Shown piece by piece: positions 28,171-37,434 of a DNA stretch of 64,000 nucleotides. The stretch lies in assembly GCA_040756875.1 (NCBI GenBank), contig JBFLYH010000001.1:672001-736000 (forward strand), given 5' to 3'. The stretch comes from a candidate division FCPU426 bacterium. Lineage in GTDB: Bacteria > Oederibacteriota > JAAXVQ01 > JAUVAV01. The notes under the pieces are model-generated. The model was not told the origin of the DNA, made no database searches, and was given only the letters and a program-made list of their open reading frames with translations. Position numbers and translations under genes: made by a program. Each line of letters begins with the position of its first letter. Position 1 is the stretch's first letter.

Positions 28171-29464
28171 TTTAACCTCTTTAAATAAATTAAATATTAA
28201 ATATTCCTTTTGTATCTTTAAAAAACACCAGTAAATGATAATGAATATTAAATAAATTAAAAAATTAACATTTTTAAAAACAAAAATACAACATGAATAA
28301 ATTTTAAATAAAAGTGATAATAAAGAGAGTAACATTATTAATAAATAAATATTTACTAATAATCACAAAATAAAATTTAGATTCTGCCAATTATTCAAAT
28401 ATTTTACTATAAATAATTTATTAAGTTTTACATTTAAAAAGCATGTTATTCAATATATCAGTATCCATGGGCTTGTTATATGTGGAATAGGTGAATGGTT
28501 TGCCCAGACATGTAAGCATCGACTTATGGTCTAGGGATTTACTCTATTAATACTATCAGACATGTTTTTAAATGAATCCGGAATGATATCGAATTGTCTG
28601 ATGCTAAATTTTATTTTAGGCAATTCATTATTCCGCATTCTCATTATTTAAGATACTCTTTTATTTTTAGTACCTATGGTATCCCTGGTCGACGTAAAGC
28701 CAGACTGTTTTCTTTGTTGTACGGCAATTGCATCATTCAGATAAACAAGTGATATACATATAATAAAACCATCCAAGCCTCGGAGAAAAGTCGATCGATC
28801 ATTTAAGACGTGTTTCGTAAGAATGTCATGCAATGTCTGATTCAATGAATTGAATTCAACGAAATTTTATTTTCAAAATAGTGTCTGAGAATCGCAGAAT
28901 CTTGAAATGAAATGATCTCTAAAATATCGTCGTTTCGGGATCCGATAAAGCCACAGGAATTTTAGCAAACAGAATAAAATGATGCCATGAATCAATTTGC
29001 CGACATTTTCTTAATGAAGTTATTATATAGGGAAGAAAGGAAAATTCAATGTAAACGTCAAACGTTGCAGTAAAAATCACCTATGTTGTGAGGCCCAAAA
29101 GTATTGTTGAAAGAAAAATAATATTATAGAGATATTACATAAATGAAATAATGGAAAATAATATAACATACTTAGAATAATGGTTTAATATGCATTATTG
29201 ATAAGGTGAATAAATGAATTACAAAATTAGATATTATGTAATTTCACGCATATAGAATAATATTATATTAATAGGAATAATGATTAAATGCGAGTATATT
29301 AACTTCATTGTGAATTTAAAATTATTGAATGGTTTCGTTTATTGTTGGGGATTTTTGTTGTTCGTACTTAATTAGGGATTGTTCTTTAGGCGGGAGGAGA
29401 GGGAACACTTTTCTATAATTGCTTCTTAGAATTTAAACATGGATGTGATAAAATTTCAAAACTT
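28171..29464. other. very AT-rich divergent intergenic region (about 1.3 kb)
   Basis: 28261-28320 has 7 G+C in 60 nt; no convincing ORF. Confidence 0.8.
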
Positions 29465-30727
29465 ATGAATACCTTCAAACGGATAAATACTGCTGCGACA
29501 ATCGCATTCGTTTCGGGCGCTTCATGCGGTTTGTTGATATTTTGGTTATTGCTCATCTTCGACATTGCTCGATTACCAAAATGGTTTAGCGGAATGGCCG
29601 CTATTATCCTGGCTACCAGTCTATCCATTTGGTTAATAAAGCATTTTTTCACTCTTTCCTTGAAGAAAACCTCTGAATTACTAGGCGAAATAGCACTTTT
29701 CAAAGCCCCTACCACTTCCGACAAGTTCCGGGAAGTTTTTTTAAACGACGTAATCAATCGAGTTGTCGATCAATTGAAGGGACAGCAAAACACAAGTAAA
29801 CAAATACAGCAAACCTTGAACGGAATCATCGAAGGGTGGAATCGCACCCTTCGCACTCATCAGACGGATTGGGATCTTTGGCAGAAGCAACTGGCTTTGC
29901 TCAATCAGCATTTCGATCAAATCAAGTCCCAATGCAAGAAAATCCTGGTTGTCAATCAGTCCCTGATTAAATCGGATAACGGACTGGCCAGTTCGATGGA
30001 AGAAATGGCCAGAGATGTCATGCTAACCAGTCAGACGGCCAATGAGGGGATTCGTTCAGTTGGCAGGGAGATACGGGCTATTAGCGATTTAAAAACCACG
30101 ATGGGTTCTTCGGCGACGGTTATCAAAGATCTGGGAGAGCTTTCCAAGCATGTAGGACAGTTTATTTCCACTATTGCCGCCATAAGTCATCGCACGCAAT
30201 TGTTGGCATTGAATGCGGGTATTGAAGCAGCCCGCGCCGGCGAAGCAGGCCGCGGATTCTCCGTGGTGGCGAATGAAATCCGGACTTTATCCGAATCCTC
30301 AAAAAAAACCACCGAGGATATCGCCGCCCTTATCAGGGAGATCGAACAAAGAACCCAAAATGTCATCGATTTGATGCAAAATACCAAAAAACTCGAGGAG
30401 AATATACGCGTCGTTTACACGGCAGGCGATACCTTCATGGATATTGTACGGGAAGTGAAGCAGATCCACACCGTGGTGGATCAGGTCAATCAGACTTTGC
30501 AGTCTACCAGCAATGATAGCGAATTGTTGTATGCAATGATGGTTAAATTAAAAGAAGAGATTGATAGAACTGACCGTTCGCTCCATATCGTCAACGAATC
30601 GAATAAGCACCAGCAAGAATCATGGGAAGCCATTCAGACTTTCAAAACAGAAACCGCAAACCAATTTCTCGATCCGGGCTCTCAACCGAATTTGGAATCC
30701 GGACGTCCTGATATACTTGACGCCTAA
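29465..30727 (+). CDS. methyl-accepting chemotaxis protein
   Basis: Two N-terminal TM helices; [33 protein letters not shown] hairpin tip. Confidence 0.93.
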   Translation: MNTFKRINTAATIAFVSGASCGLLIFWLLLIFDIARLPKWFSGMAAIILATSLSIWLIKHFFTLSLKKTSELLGEIALFKAPTTSDKFREVFLNDVINRVVDQLKGQQNTSKQIQQTLNGIIEGWNRTLRTHQTDWDLWQKQLALLNQHFDQIKSQCKKILVVNQSLIKSDNGLASSMEEMARDVMLTSQTANEGIRSVGREIRAISDLKTTMGSSATVIKDLGELSKHVGQFISTIAAISHRTQLLALNAGIEAARAGEAGRGFSVVANEIRTLSESSKKTTEDIAALIREIEQRTQNVIDLMQNTKKLEENIRVVYTAGDTFMDIVREVKQIHTVVDQVNQTLQSTSNDSELLYAMMVKLKEEIDRTDRSLHIVNESNKHQQESWEAIQTFKTETANQFLDPGSQPNLESGRPDILDA

Positions 30728-30773
30728 GGCCGATTCTTTTACAGTATAAGGGTGGGGAAAGGGGAAATCTCGA

Positions 30774-31127
30774 ATGAAAAATGTTGAGATGCAAGTTGAA
30801 ATGGCCGGTCCCAAGAAAGATATCGCGGTTATCAGAGTGTATGGTTATGTTGACTCTGATACTTCGCGAAGTGTCAGCAAGTTTTTAGAGGATGTGATTA
30901 AAAGCGGCCATTATCGCATTATTTTTGATTTGGAACGGACGGAATATATCAGCAGTGCCGGCTGGGGTATTTTTATTGGAGAAGTCAGAAGTCTTAGGGA
31001 AAACGGCGGGGATTTAAAACTGGCGGGAATGACGCCGGAAGTGGAAGAAATCTTTAAAATGCTGGAATTTTTCAATGTGTTAAAGTCATTTGATACGGTT
31101 AAAGCAGCCATTTCCGATTATGCCTGA
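30774..31127 (+). CDS. STAS-domain anti-sigma factor antagonist
   Basis: GYVDSDT, FDLERTEYISSAGW, GGDLKL. Confidence 0.9.
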   Translation: MKNVEMQVEMAGPKKDIAVIRVYGYVDSDTSRSVSKFLEDVIKSGHYRIIFDLERTEYISSAGWGIFIGEVRSLRENGGDLKLAGMTPEVEEIFKMLEFFNVLKSFDTVKAAISDYA

Positions 31128-31794
31128 AACAAGCCCTGCCTTGAAGTGGGCGGTTTTTCAAGTCGGTTTGCTGGAGACGAATTGTTACTTGGCTTGGGAT
31201 TCGGAAAGTCGGGAGGCTTTCGTTATTGATCCCGGTTCCCCCTCGAAAAGCCTGGAAGCGGCGATTGAGGCCAATGGGTTGCATTTAATAGCAATCATCA
31301 ACACCCACGGGCACTCAGATCATATCGGAGGAAACGCCCGTTTAAAAAAAATCACCGGCGCCCCGGTATATCTGCATCCCGATGACAGTGCGATCGCCGA
31401 GGACCCCAGGTCAAACCTTTCGATACGGTGGGGATTTCCCGTAAAATATCCTAAAATGGATAGAACTTTAATTCCCGGTGAAGACATCGTGCTGAATAAA
31501 ACCGAATTCAAAATATGGCATACACCCGGGCATACACCCGGCTCGATCTGTCTGGTTGCAAACGACTTTATCTTCACCGGTGATACTCTTTTTGCCCATT
31601 CGATTGGCAGAACTGACCTCCCGGGAGGAAATGCCCAACAAATGAGTGAAAGCATTAAAAAATTCAACGCAGTGAAAGACAATGTCGCCTTATTTCCAGG
31701 ACATGGTCCGCTCTCGACTTTCCTAAAGACAAGGCAGCAAAACCCCTTTCTCAACGCGCTTAGCGACATCGTACCGGAAGAGAGCATTCAATGA
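31120..31794 (+). CDS. MBL-fold metallo-hydrolase (glyoxalase II/YcbL-like)
   Basis: TNCY, THGHSDHIGG, HTPGHTPGS, FTGDTLF, PGHG. Confidence 0.92.
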   Translation: MPETSPALKWAVFQVGLLETNCYLAWDSESREAFVIDPGSPSKSLEAAIEANGLHLIAIINTHGHSDHIGGNARLKKITGAPVYLHPDDSAIAEDPRSNLSIRWGFPVKYPKMDRTLIPGEDIVLNKTEFKIWHTPGHTPGSICLVANDFIFTGDTLFAHSIGRTDLPGGNAQQMSESIKKFNAVKDNVALFPGHGPLSTFLKTRQQNPFLNALSDIVPEESIQ

Positions 31795-32552
31795 AGATTA
31801 ATGAGATGTTTGTAGTTTTGTCATTTTTTATCTTTATAAATATTGGAAATTATTGCTTTGCCCAAAAGGCCGAATCAAATTATGCCATAGAGAATAATGA
31901 AAGCGACGGTCAAATCGTCTCTAACAGCCACTATCTTTCCGAATTGCGCATTCTTCATGAAGGAGCCATTTTCATATTCAAACGCTATGCCACCTTGGAA
32001 GCGCTGATTTCCGCCAGGGAAAACGGATCCGAAGAGAATCAGTGTTTTTGGATAGGGGCTTCATCGCTCGTACCCGGTGTGGGCCAAATGATCAATCATG
32101 ACTATCTGCAGGGAGGATTGCTGCTTTTCGCTTCCTCTTTGTCATGGAGCACCGTTCATCAGCTGGAGTTCACACGTAAAAGGCAGAGTGGGACGGAAGC
32201 TTTCCAACCTTTTTATATTGCCTCACTGTTCCTGAGGGATGGAATCATGACGTACGCTATGCTTCATGCCACCAACAGGCACTATCGTGAGTATCATGAC
32301 CGGACGGCGGCGATGTGGACTGGTACAGCATCGCTTTTGCCCGGTCTCGGGCAGGCGATAAACGGGGATTGGTGGGAAGCCGGTGGATTGTTTGCGGGTT
32401 GGGCTCTATCGACCGCCGTGGTTTCATACTTTGAGTCGATGATTTTTCAAAGTGGCAATGACAGTTTATTGGTAGAGGAAACAGAACATCCTCGTTTTAA
32501 CATTTGCTGGGTTCCGGGCGGCGCGACACTGGGCGTGACCATAGGATGGTGA
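31791..32552 (+). CDS. hypothetical envelope protein with a duplicated SLxPGxGQxIN membrane motif
   Basis: Signal-like N-terminus; WIGASSLVPGVGQMIN and WTGTASLLPGLGQAIN. Confidence 0.75.
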   Translation: MKINEMFVVLSFFIFINIGNYCFAQKAESNYAIENNESDGQIVSNSHYLSELRILHEGAIFIFKRYATLEALISARENGSEENQCFWIGASSLVPGVGQMINHDYLQGGLLLFASSLSWSTVHQLEFTRKRQSGTEAFQPFYIASLFLRDGIMTYAMLHATNRHYREYHDRTAAMWTGTASLLPGLGQAINGDWWEAGGLFAGWALSTAVVSYFESMIFQSGNDSLLVEETEHPRFNICWVPGGATLGVTIGW

Positions 32553-32557
32553 GAAGT

Positions 32558-34618
32558 ATGTCAGATGAGGTTTGGACCGTCAAAACCACGGACGCATGGG
32601 ACCGCAAAGATTGGATAAACAGCGTTGTTATTGCTGTGATTGCTTCTTTTGTCCGAATAATTTATTTTTTATCGGTTAAAAAACAGCTTTTTTTCACCAA
32701 TCCCATAATTGATTCCTACAATTTCCATCAATGGGCCATCGAGATTTCCAAAGGACATCTGTTGGGGACGGGCCCATATACCCAGAGCCCTTTTTATGCT
32801 TATTTTTTAAGCTTATTTTACGCCATCTTCGGTTCTAACACGCTAATTATTAGTGCACTCCAACTTTTATTAGGCGCTCTGGGTTGCGTTTTATTGTATT
32901 GGTTGGGGAGGAATTTATTCTCACGCTGGGTTGGCTTTTTAGCCGGGCTGGGCAATAGTCTGTATGGTGTGGCATTTTTCCACGAAGGAACCCTTTTAAC
33001 CGTCGTATTGATTCATATTTTAAATATCTCTCTGCTTTTAACGCTTTATTGGGCCTCTCGCCAGTCCTCCTGGAAATCCTGGAGCATCCCTGGCGTTCTA
33101 TTGGGGTTATCGACCCTGACACGGCCGAATATACTTATTTTCAGTGTGGTTATATTTGCCTGGATTTGGTGGCTGAATCGAAGCGCTGCTAAATTAAAAT
33201 TATTGTTTCCGTACGTCGCTTTTTTTCTTGGATTGCTAGTCACCCTACTGCCAGTAACCATCAGAAACATTATTGTCGTCCACGAACCCATATTGACCGT
33301 GGCGACCGGCGGTCTAAACTTCTATTTGGGAAATTCACGCCAATCAACAGGGTTTCTCGTCCCGTTCGGGGAATTAGGCTTGTCAGCCCGGACGATCGTG
33401 GATGATTTCAAACAGGAAGCGGAAAGACGCAAGGGTGGAACGCTGACGTATCAGGCGGCAAGCCGGTTTTGGACTTTGGAAACCCTCAAGGAAATCCGTC
33501 AGGATTTCGACCATTGGCAGCAATTGCTGTTAAACAAGCTTTTGTTGTTCCTCAATGGCTATGAATTAACCACTAGCATCAATTACTATTCAATTCGACA
33601 AATAGTCCCCCTGATGCGCTGGCCGTGGCTTTCCTTTGGAGTCGTATCGCCTCTGGCACTTTTGGGATTTGTCCTTTTTAGAAAGCGGTGGCGCACATTG
33701 TTTCCGCTTCTCGGATTGGTTGCGGTGTATTTGTTTTCCAATGTCGTTATTTTCGTATCATCGGAGTATCGATTCGCGATTGTACCGGTTTTTCTTTTAT
33801 TCGCGTCGGCCTCGGTGATGGAAATCATACGCAGGATACGGGAAAGCGGCTGGAAACAATTGGCCGCCCCCTTGATTTTATTGGCTTTTTTTGCGGTTTT
33901 AACGAATATGGACCTCTTGTCGACAGAAGCGCGTAATTATCGCTATGCCACATCCCATTATAATTTTGGCAGTCTGCTCATGCGCCTTGAGAATTATCCT
34001 CAAGCTGCAGAAGAGTATACCCAAGCCAGGAACTATCTGCCGGATAATTTCAATCTGGCATTGGCCCAATCCGACGCGTATTATAAAGCCGGCGAGTATC
34101 AACGGGCGCTCCAGGCGGCTCAGGAAGCCTATCGTATTGATCCCGAACACCCCAGTATTTTAACGACCTATGCCAATGCCTTGACTGCTGCCGGCCAATA
34201 TGATCGGGCCATTGAGATGCGTTTGATGGCCGTCATGCGAAATCCCAGGGACGGCCTGACGCATTTTAACCTGGGTGTGACTTATTTGTGGGCGGGAAAA
34301 CCGGCTGAAGCGGAACGCGCTTTTCAAAAAGCCATACAATTCGACGCTAAATATGATGAAGAGAGCGCCCGCATGAAGGAAAAAGTGCTGATGAATCAAA
34401 GCCGCGGTCCGGTGGCGTCGAACGGTGAAAATATCCGGCCGGATGCAATTTCGAACTCGCTTCTGCCTTCCGCCCAACCGCAATCCCAGCCAGTACAATA
34501 TCAACAGTATCAGCAATACCAGCAATATCAGCAGTATCAGCAATATCAACAGTACCAGCAGCAGTATCAGCCTCCGCCTATGCAATATCAACCGCCCGTT
34601 CAATATCAGCAGCGATAA
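32558..34618 (+). CDS. GT-C (ArnT/PMT family 39-like) membrane glycosyltransferase with TPR repeats and a Q/Y-rich tail
   Basis: IDS.NFHQWA, PFYAYFL, LTRPN, NFYLGN, EYRF, many TM helices; TPRs HYNFG and HFNLG. Confidence 0.85.
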   Translation: MSDEVWTVKTTDAWDRKDWINSVVIAVIASFVRIIYFLSVKKQLFFTNPIIDSYNFHQWAIEISKGHLLGTGPYTQSPFYAYFLSLFYAIFGSNTLIISALQLLLGALGCVLLYWLGRNLFSRWVGFLAGLGNSLYGVAFFHEGTLLTVVLIHILNISLLLTLYWASRQSSWKSWSIPGVLLGLSTLTRPNILIFSVVIFAWIWWLNRSAAKLKLLFPYVAFFLGLLVTLLPVTIRNIIVVHEPILTVATGGLNFYLGNSRQSTGFLVPFGELGLSARTIVDDFKQEAERRKGGTLTYQAASRFWTLETLKEIRQDFDHWQQLLLNKLLLFLNGYELTTSINYYSIRQIVPLMRWPWLSFGVVSPLALLGFVLFRKRWRTLFPLLGLVAVYLFSNVVIFVSSEYRFAIVPVFLLFASASVMEIIRRIRESGWKQLAAPLILLAFFAVLTNMDLLSTEARNYRYATSHYNFGSLLMRLENYPQAAEEYTQARNYLPDNFNLALAQSDAYYKAGEYQRALQAAQEAYRIDPEHPSILTTYANALTAAGQYDRAIEMRLMAVMRNPRDGLTHFNLGVTYLWAGKPAEAERAFQKAIQFDAKYDEESARMKEKVLMNQSRGPVASNGENIRPDAISNSLLPSAQPQSQPVQYQQYQQYQQYQQYQQYQQYQQQYQPPPMQYQPPVQYQQR
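34496..34570 (+). repeat. in-frame 9-bp tandem repeat CARTAYCAR encoding (QYQ)n
   Basis: Seven consecutive units at 34496-34558, one extra CAG, an eighth unit at 34562-34570. Confidence 0.95.
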
Positions 34619-34639
34619 AAAGCTTAAGGAATCTCAACT

Positions 34640-36400
34640 ATGAGGAAGCCCTCCCAGACGCAGGGAATACGGCTACTTTCACCGGATGTGGCAAACTTGA
34701 TCGCAGCCGGGGAGGTTGTCGAACGGCCGGCGGCCGTTGTAAAAGAGCTAATAGAAAACGCGTTGGATGCCGGCGCGTTGAATATTGAAGTGACGTCCCA
34801 CCAGGCGGGTTTTGGTGAATTGAAAGTAGTGGACGATGGAAAGGGAATCCCTTCCCACGAGGCCGAGCTCGCGTTACAACGGCATGCGACGAGTAAAATA
34901 TACCAGGCTGAGGACCTACAGCAGATCGAAACTTACGGATTTCGCGGAGAAGCATTGGCTGCGATTTCCTCGGTTAGCAAAATCGAAATGCTCACCCGCT
35001 TGAAGTCCCATAGTGATGGCTTTCTTGTCCAGGCGGAAGGAGGCAGAATACTTCAAACCCGGCAGGCGGGTTGCGCGCCCGGCACATCAGTGGCAGTCAG
35101 GGAGTTGTTCTACAACACGCCGGCGCGGCGCCGTTTTATGAAGAGCGATAGCACTGAAGAGTCACACATTGTCACGGCGGTTGAGTTAGCAGCGCTTGCC
35201 AATCTGGACGTTTCTTTTAAACTGACCTGCAATAATCGGGAGATCTTGTTCTGCCCGCCGAGCCAAACGCTGGAAACGCGTTTGCGTGATTTGTACCAAA
35301 AATCCACTCCGAAACGACTGTTGGAGGTGTATTTAGAAGCCGGTGGAGTGGAGATTAAAGGCGTGCTAGGGTCGGTTGCCGAGCACCAGGGCACCAGGAA
35401 CTATATGCGATGGTTTGTGAATCAAAGACCAGTGGAACACCGAGGTATCTCCCATGCTGTCCTGCAGGTTTATCAGCCATTATTGCCCAAAGGAAAGTTT
35501 CCTTTTGCTTTCATATTTGTTGAACTGCCGCCCCAGTTGGTGGATGTAAATGTACACCCGACCAAGCGCGAAGTTAAGTTTAGGGATGAATCTGCCATTC
35601 ATAAAATTATACTCAACGCGGTAAAAACGGCTCTGGAACCTTCAAATCCTGCTTCGTGGATTCCGCCGACTATTAAAGACCTGCCCACAGAATCACCGGC
35701 ACCTAAAACGAACCAAAGCCTGCCGTTTGATGTCAACGCCTGGAACCCTAGCCAAGTGCGGGAATCCATTGCGACTTACTTTAACTCAAGTTTAGATGAA
35801 AATTCGTCACTTGAACAGAATACCAGTGTACCTGGGCATTTCCTTAACATTTTAGGTTTAGTTGGAAAAAAATATTTTGCCGGATATGATGAGGAAGGCT
35901 TTTTCATAATAGATCAACATGCTGCTCATGAGAGATTGATCTATGAAGAATTATTGAATAATAGTGGAGATATTAAAAAGCAATTATTGCTGGTTCCAAT
36001 ACAGGTTGAATTAAATGCCGGCGAATTCAATTTATTAATGGGGATAAAAGAAATACTGGATAAATCAGGGATTGATTTCACAGTTGCCGGTAAAAATGTA
36101 ATCATGATAAATTCTCAACCGCATTTTTTCAATGGCGATATTTATTTGGTAATAAAAGAAATATTAGAAACAGGCCATGAAAATGATAAAATAGATCATA
36201 AAATCCAGGAAAAAATATTTAAAGCTATTGCTTGTAAATCTGCCGTTAAAGCAGGAGAAAGACTGCATGAAGTTCAAATACAAACGCTTATTCAAAGATT
36301 GAAACAGCATAATATCATACAGACGTGTCCTCATGGGCGACCATATATTTTCAGGATATCTTGGTCAGAATTGGATAAAATATTTAAAAGGAACTATTAA
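34640..36400 (+). CDS. mutL: DNA mismatch repair protein MutL
   Basis: IAAGEVVERP, KELIENALDA, GFRGEAL, DVNVHPTK, endonuclease motifs DQHAAHER, ACK, CPHGRP. Confidence 0.97.
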   Translation: MRKPSQTQGIRLLSPDVANLIAAGEVVERPAAVVKELIENALDAGALNIEVTSHQAGFGELKVVDDGKGIPSHEAELALQRHATSKIYQAEDLQQIETYGFRGEALAAISSVSKIEMLTRLKSHSDGFLVQAEGGRILQTRQAGCAPGTSVAVRELFYNTPARRRFMKSDSTEESHIVTAVELAALANLDVSFKLTCNNREILFCPPSQTLETRLRDLYQKSTPKRLLEVYLEAGGVEIKGVLGSVAEHQGTRNYMRWFVNQRPVEHRGISHAVLQVYQPLLPKGKFPFAFIFVELPPQLVDVNVHPTKREVKFRDESAIHKIILNAVKTALEPSNPASWIPPTIKDLPTESPAPKTNQSLPFDVNAWNPSQVRESIATYFNSSLDENSSLEQNTSVPGHFLNILGLVGKKYFAGYDEEGFFIIDQHAAHERLIYEELLNNSGDIKKQLLLVPIQVELNAGEFNLLMGIKEILDKSGIDFTVAGKNVIMINSQPHFFNGDIYLVIKEILETGHENDKIDHKIQEKIFKAIACKSAVKAGERLHEVQIQTLIQRLKQHNIIQTCPHGRPYIFRISWSELDKIFKRNY

Positions 36401-36457
36401 TTAAAATATCCACTATTATTACTATCATTATAACTTTAACATTCAGAATAAAAATAA

Positions 36458-37408
36458 ATGTGTTCAGAAAGAAACATTAAAATGGCCTCTCGTCAGTGGG
36501 ATATAATCGCTATTGTAGGTCCCACTTCCTCCGGTAAAACGGAATTATCCCTAGAATTAGCGGATATGCTTAATGGTGAAATCATTTCTGCGGATTCTCG
36601 CCAAATTTACATGGAAATAAGTATTGGCACAGGAAAGCCAAGTAATGACCAATTAACCAAAATTAAACATTATTTAATATCGGAAATTTCTCCGGCTATT
36701 AAAATGACTGCATATGAATTTAGTAAAATGGCCGATGATATATATAAAAAAATAATCGAGAGAAAAAAGCAATGCTTTTTAGTTGGCGGAACAGGATTGT
36801 GGATAAAGGCATTTTGCGAAGGATTGCATCCGACGCCACCTCCGGATCCTGAGTATAGGAATGTTGTATTATCTGAAATTTCTAAAAATGGTTTGAACTC
36901 AATTTACCAGGAGTTAATGTCACGCGATCCTGGCTTAATTGGGAAGATTAAACCAAATGATAAAGTGCGAATTATCAGAGCTATGGAAATCCTTTATAAT
37001 TCAGGCTCTGTTCCCTCTGAAATATACCGGAACACACTTGGAAAAAAATATAATATTCTTTGGATTGGATGCTACAAACCAAAGGAAGTGTTGTACCAAA
37101 TAGCGGAACAAAAAATAAATCTCTGGATTGCGAACGGTTGGATCGAAGAAGTCAGGGAACTATCTATAAAATATGGTCCTGATTTGCCGGCCATGCAAAC
37201 CCTGGGTTATTTTCATATATTACGTTATATTGCCGGCTCAATTACAAAAGAAAATATGATAATGAATATTAAGCTGGATACCCGGCATTATATTAAACGA
37301 CAGTTTACGTGGTTTAGATCCAACAAGCAAATTCACTGGGTAGATACCCGGAAAACGATAGCTGAACAAGTCAATGAAGTATTGGGAGCCGTTTCAAGGA
37401 TTTGCTAA
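36458..37408 (+). CDS. miaA: tRNA dimethylallyltransferase
   Basis: GPTSSGKT, SADSRQIY, IGTGKP, VGGTGL, KRQFTWF. Start may be 36482. Confidence 0.96.
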   Translation: MCSERNIKMASRQWDIIAIVGPTSSGKTELSLELADMLNGEIISADSRQIYMEISIGTGKPSNDQLTKIKHYLISEISPAIKMTAYEFSKMADDIYKKIIERKKQCFLVGGTGLWIKAFCEGLHPTPPPDPEYRNVVLSEISKNGLNSIYQELMSRDPGLIGKIKPNDKVRIIRAMEILYNSGSVPSEIYRNTLGKKYNILWIGCYKPKEVLYQIAEQKINLWIANGWIEEVRELSIKYGPDLPAMQTLGYFHILRYIAGSITKENMIMNIKLDTRHYIKRQFTWFRSNKQIHWVDTRKTIAEQVNEVLGAVSRIC

Positions 37409-37434
37409 CACTGAAAAGTATAATACCGGAGGTG

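Noticed and set aside
28171-28335. N-terminal extension of HypA in the 179-aa ORF
   Set aside because: HypA begins at the Ni-binding MHE; the extension is AT-rich low-complexity sequence.
28648-28845. 65-aa minus-strand ORF as a real gene
   Set aside because: No RBS or recognisable motif; kept only as a possible relic in the spacer finding.
28920-28948. sigma28-like promoter TAAA...TCCGATAA for the MCP
   Set aside because: Spacer is 17 rather than about 15 nt, and it lies over 500 nt from the ATG.
28171-29464. Possible oriC or dif site in the AT-rich spacer
   Set aside because: No TTATCCACA cluster seen and no dnaA/gidA/parAB nearby. TTATGTAA arms at about 29135 and 29234 lack a convincing XerC arm and are likely by chance at this AT content.
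34496-34570. CRISPR array
   Set aside because: 9-bp coding tandem units with no spacers and no cas genes.
27143-37408. Genomic island or prophage explaining the low GC
   Set aside because: No integrase, transposase, att repeats or phage genes; the content is core genes and the transitions are gradual.
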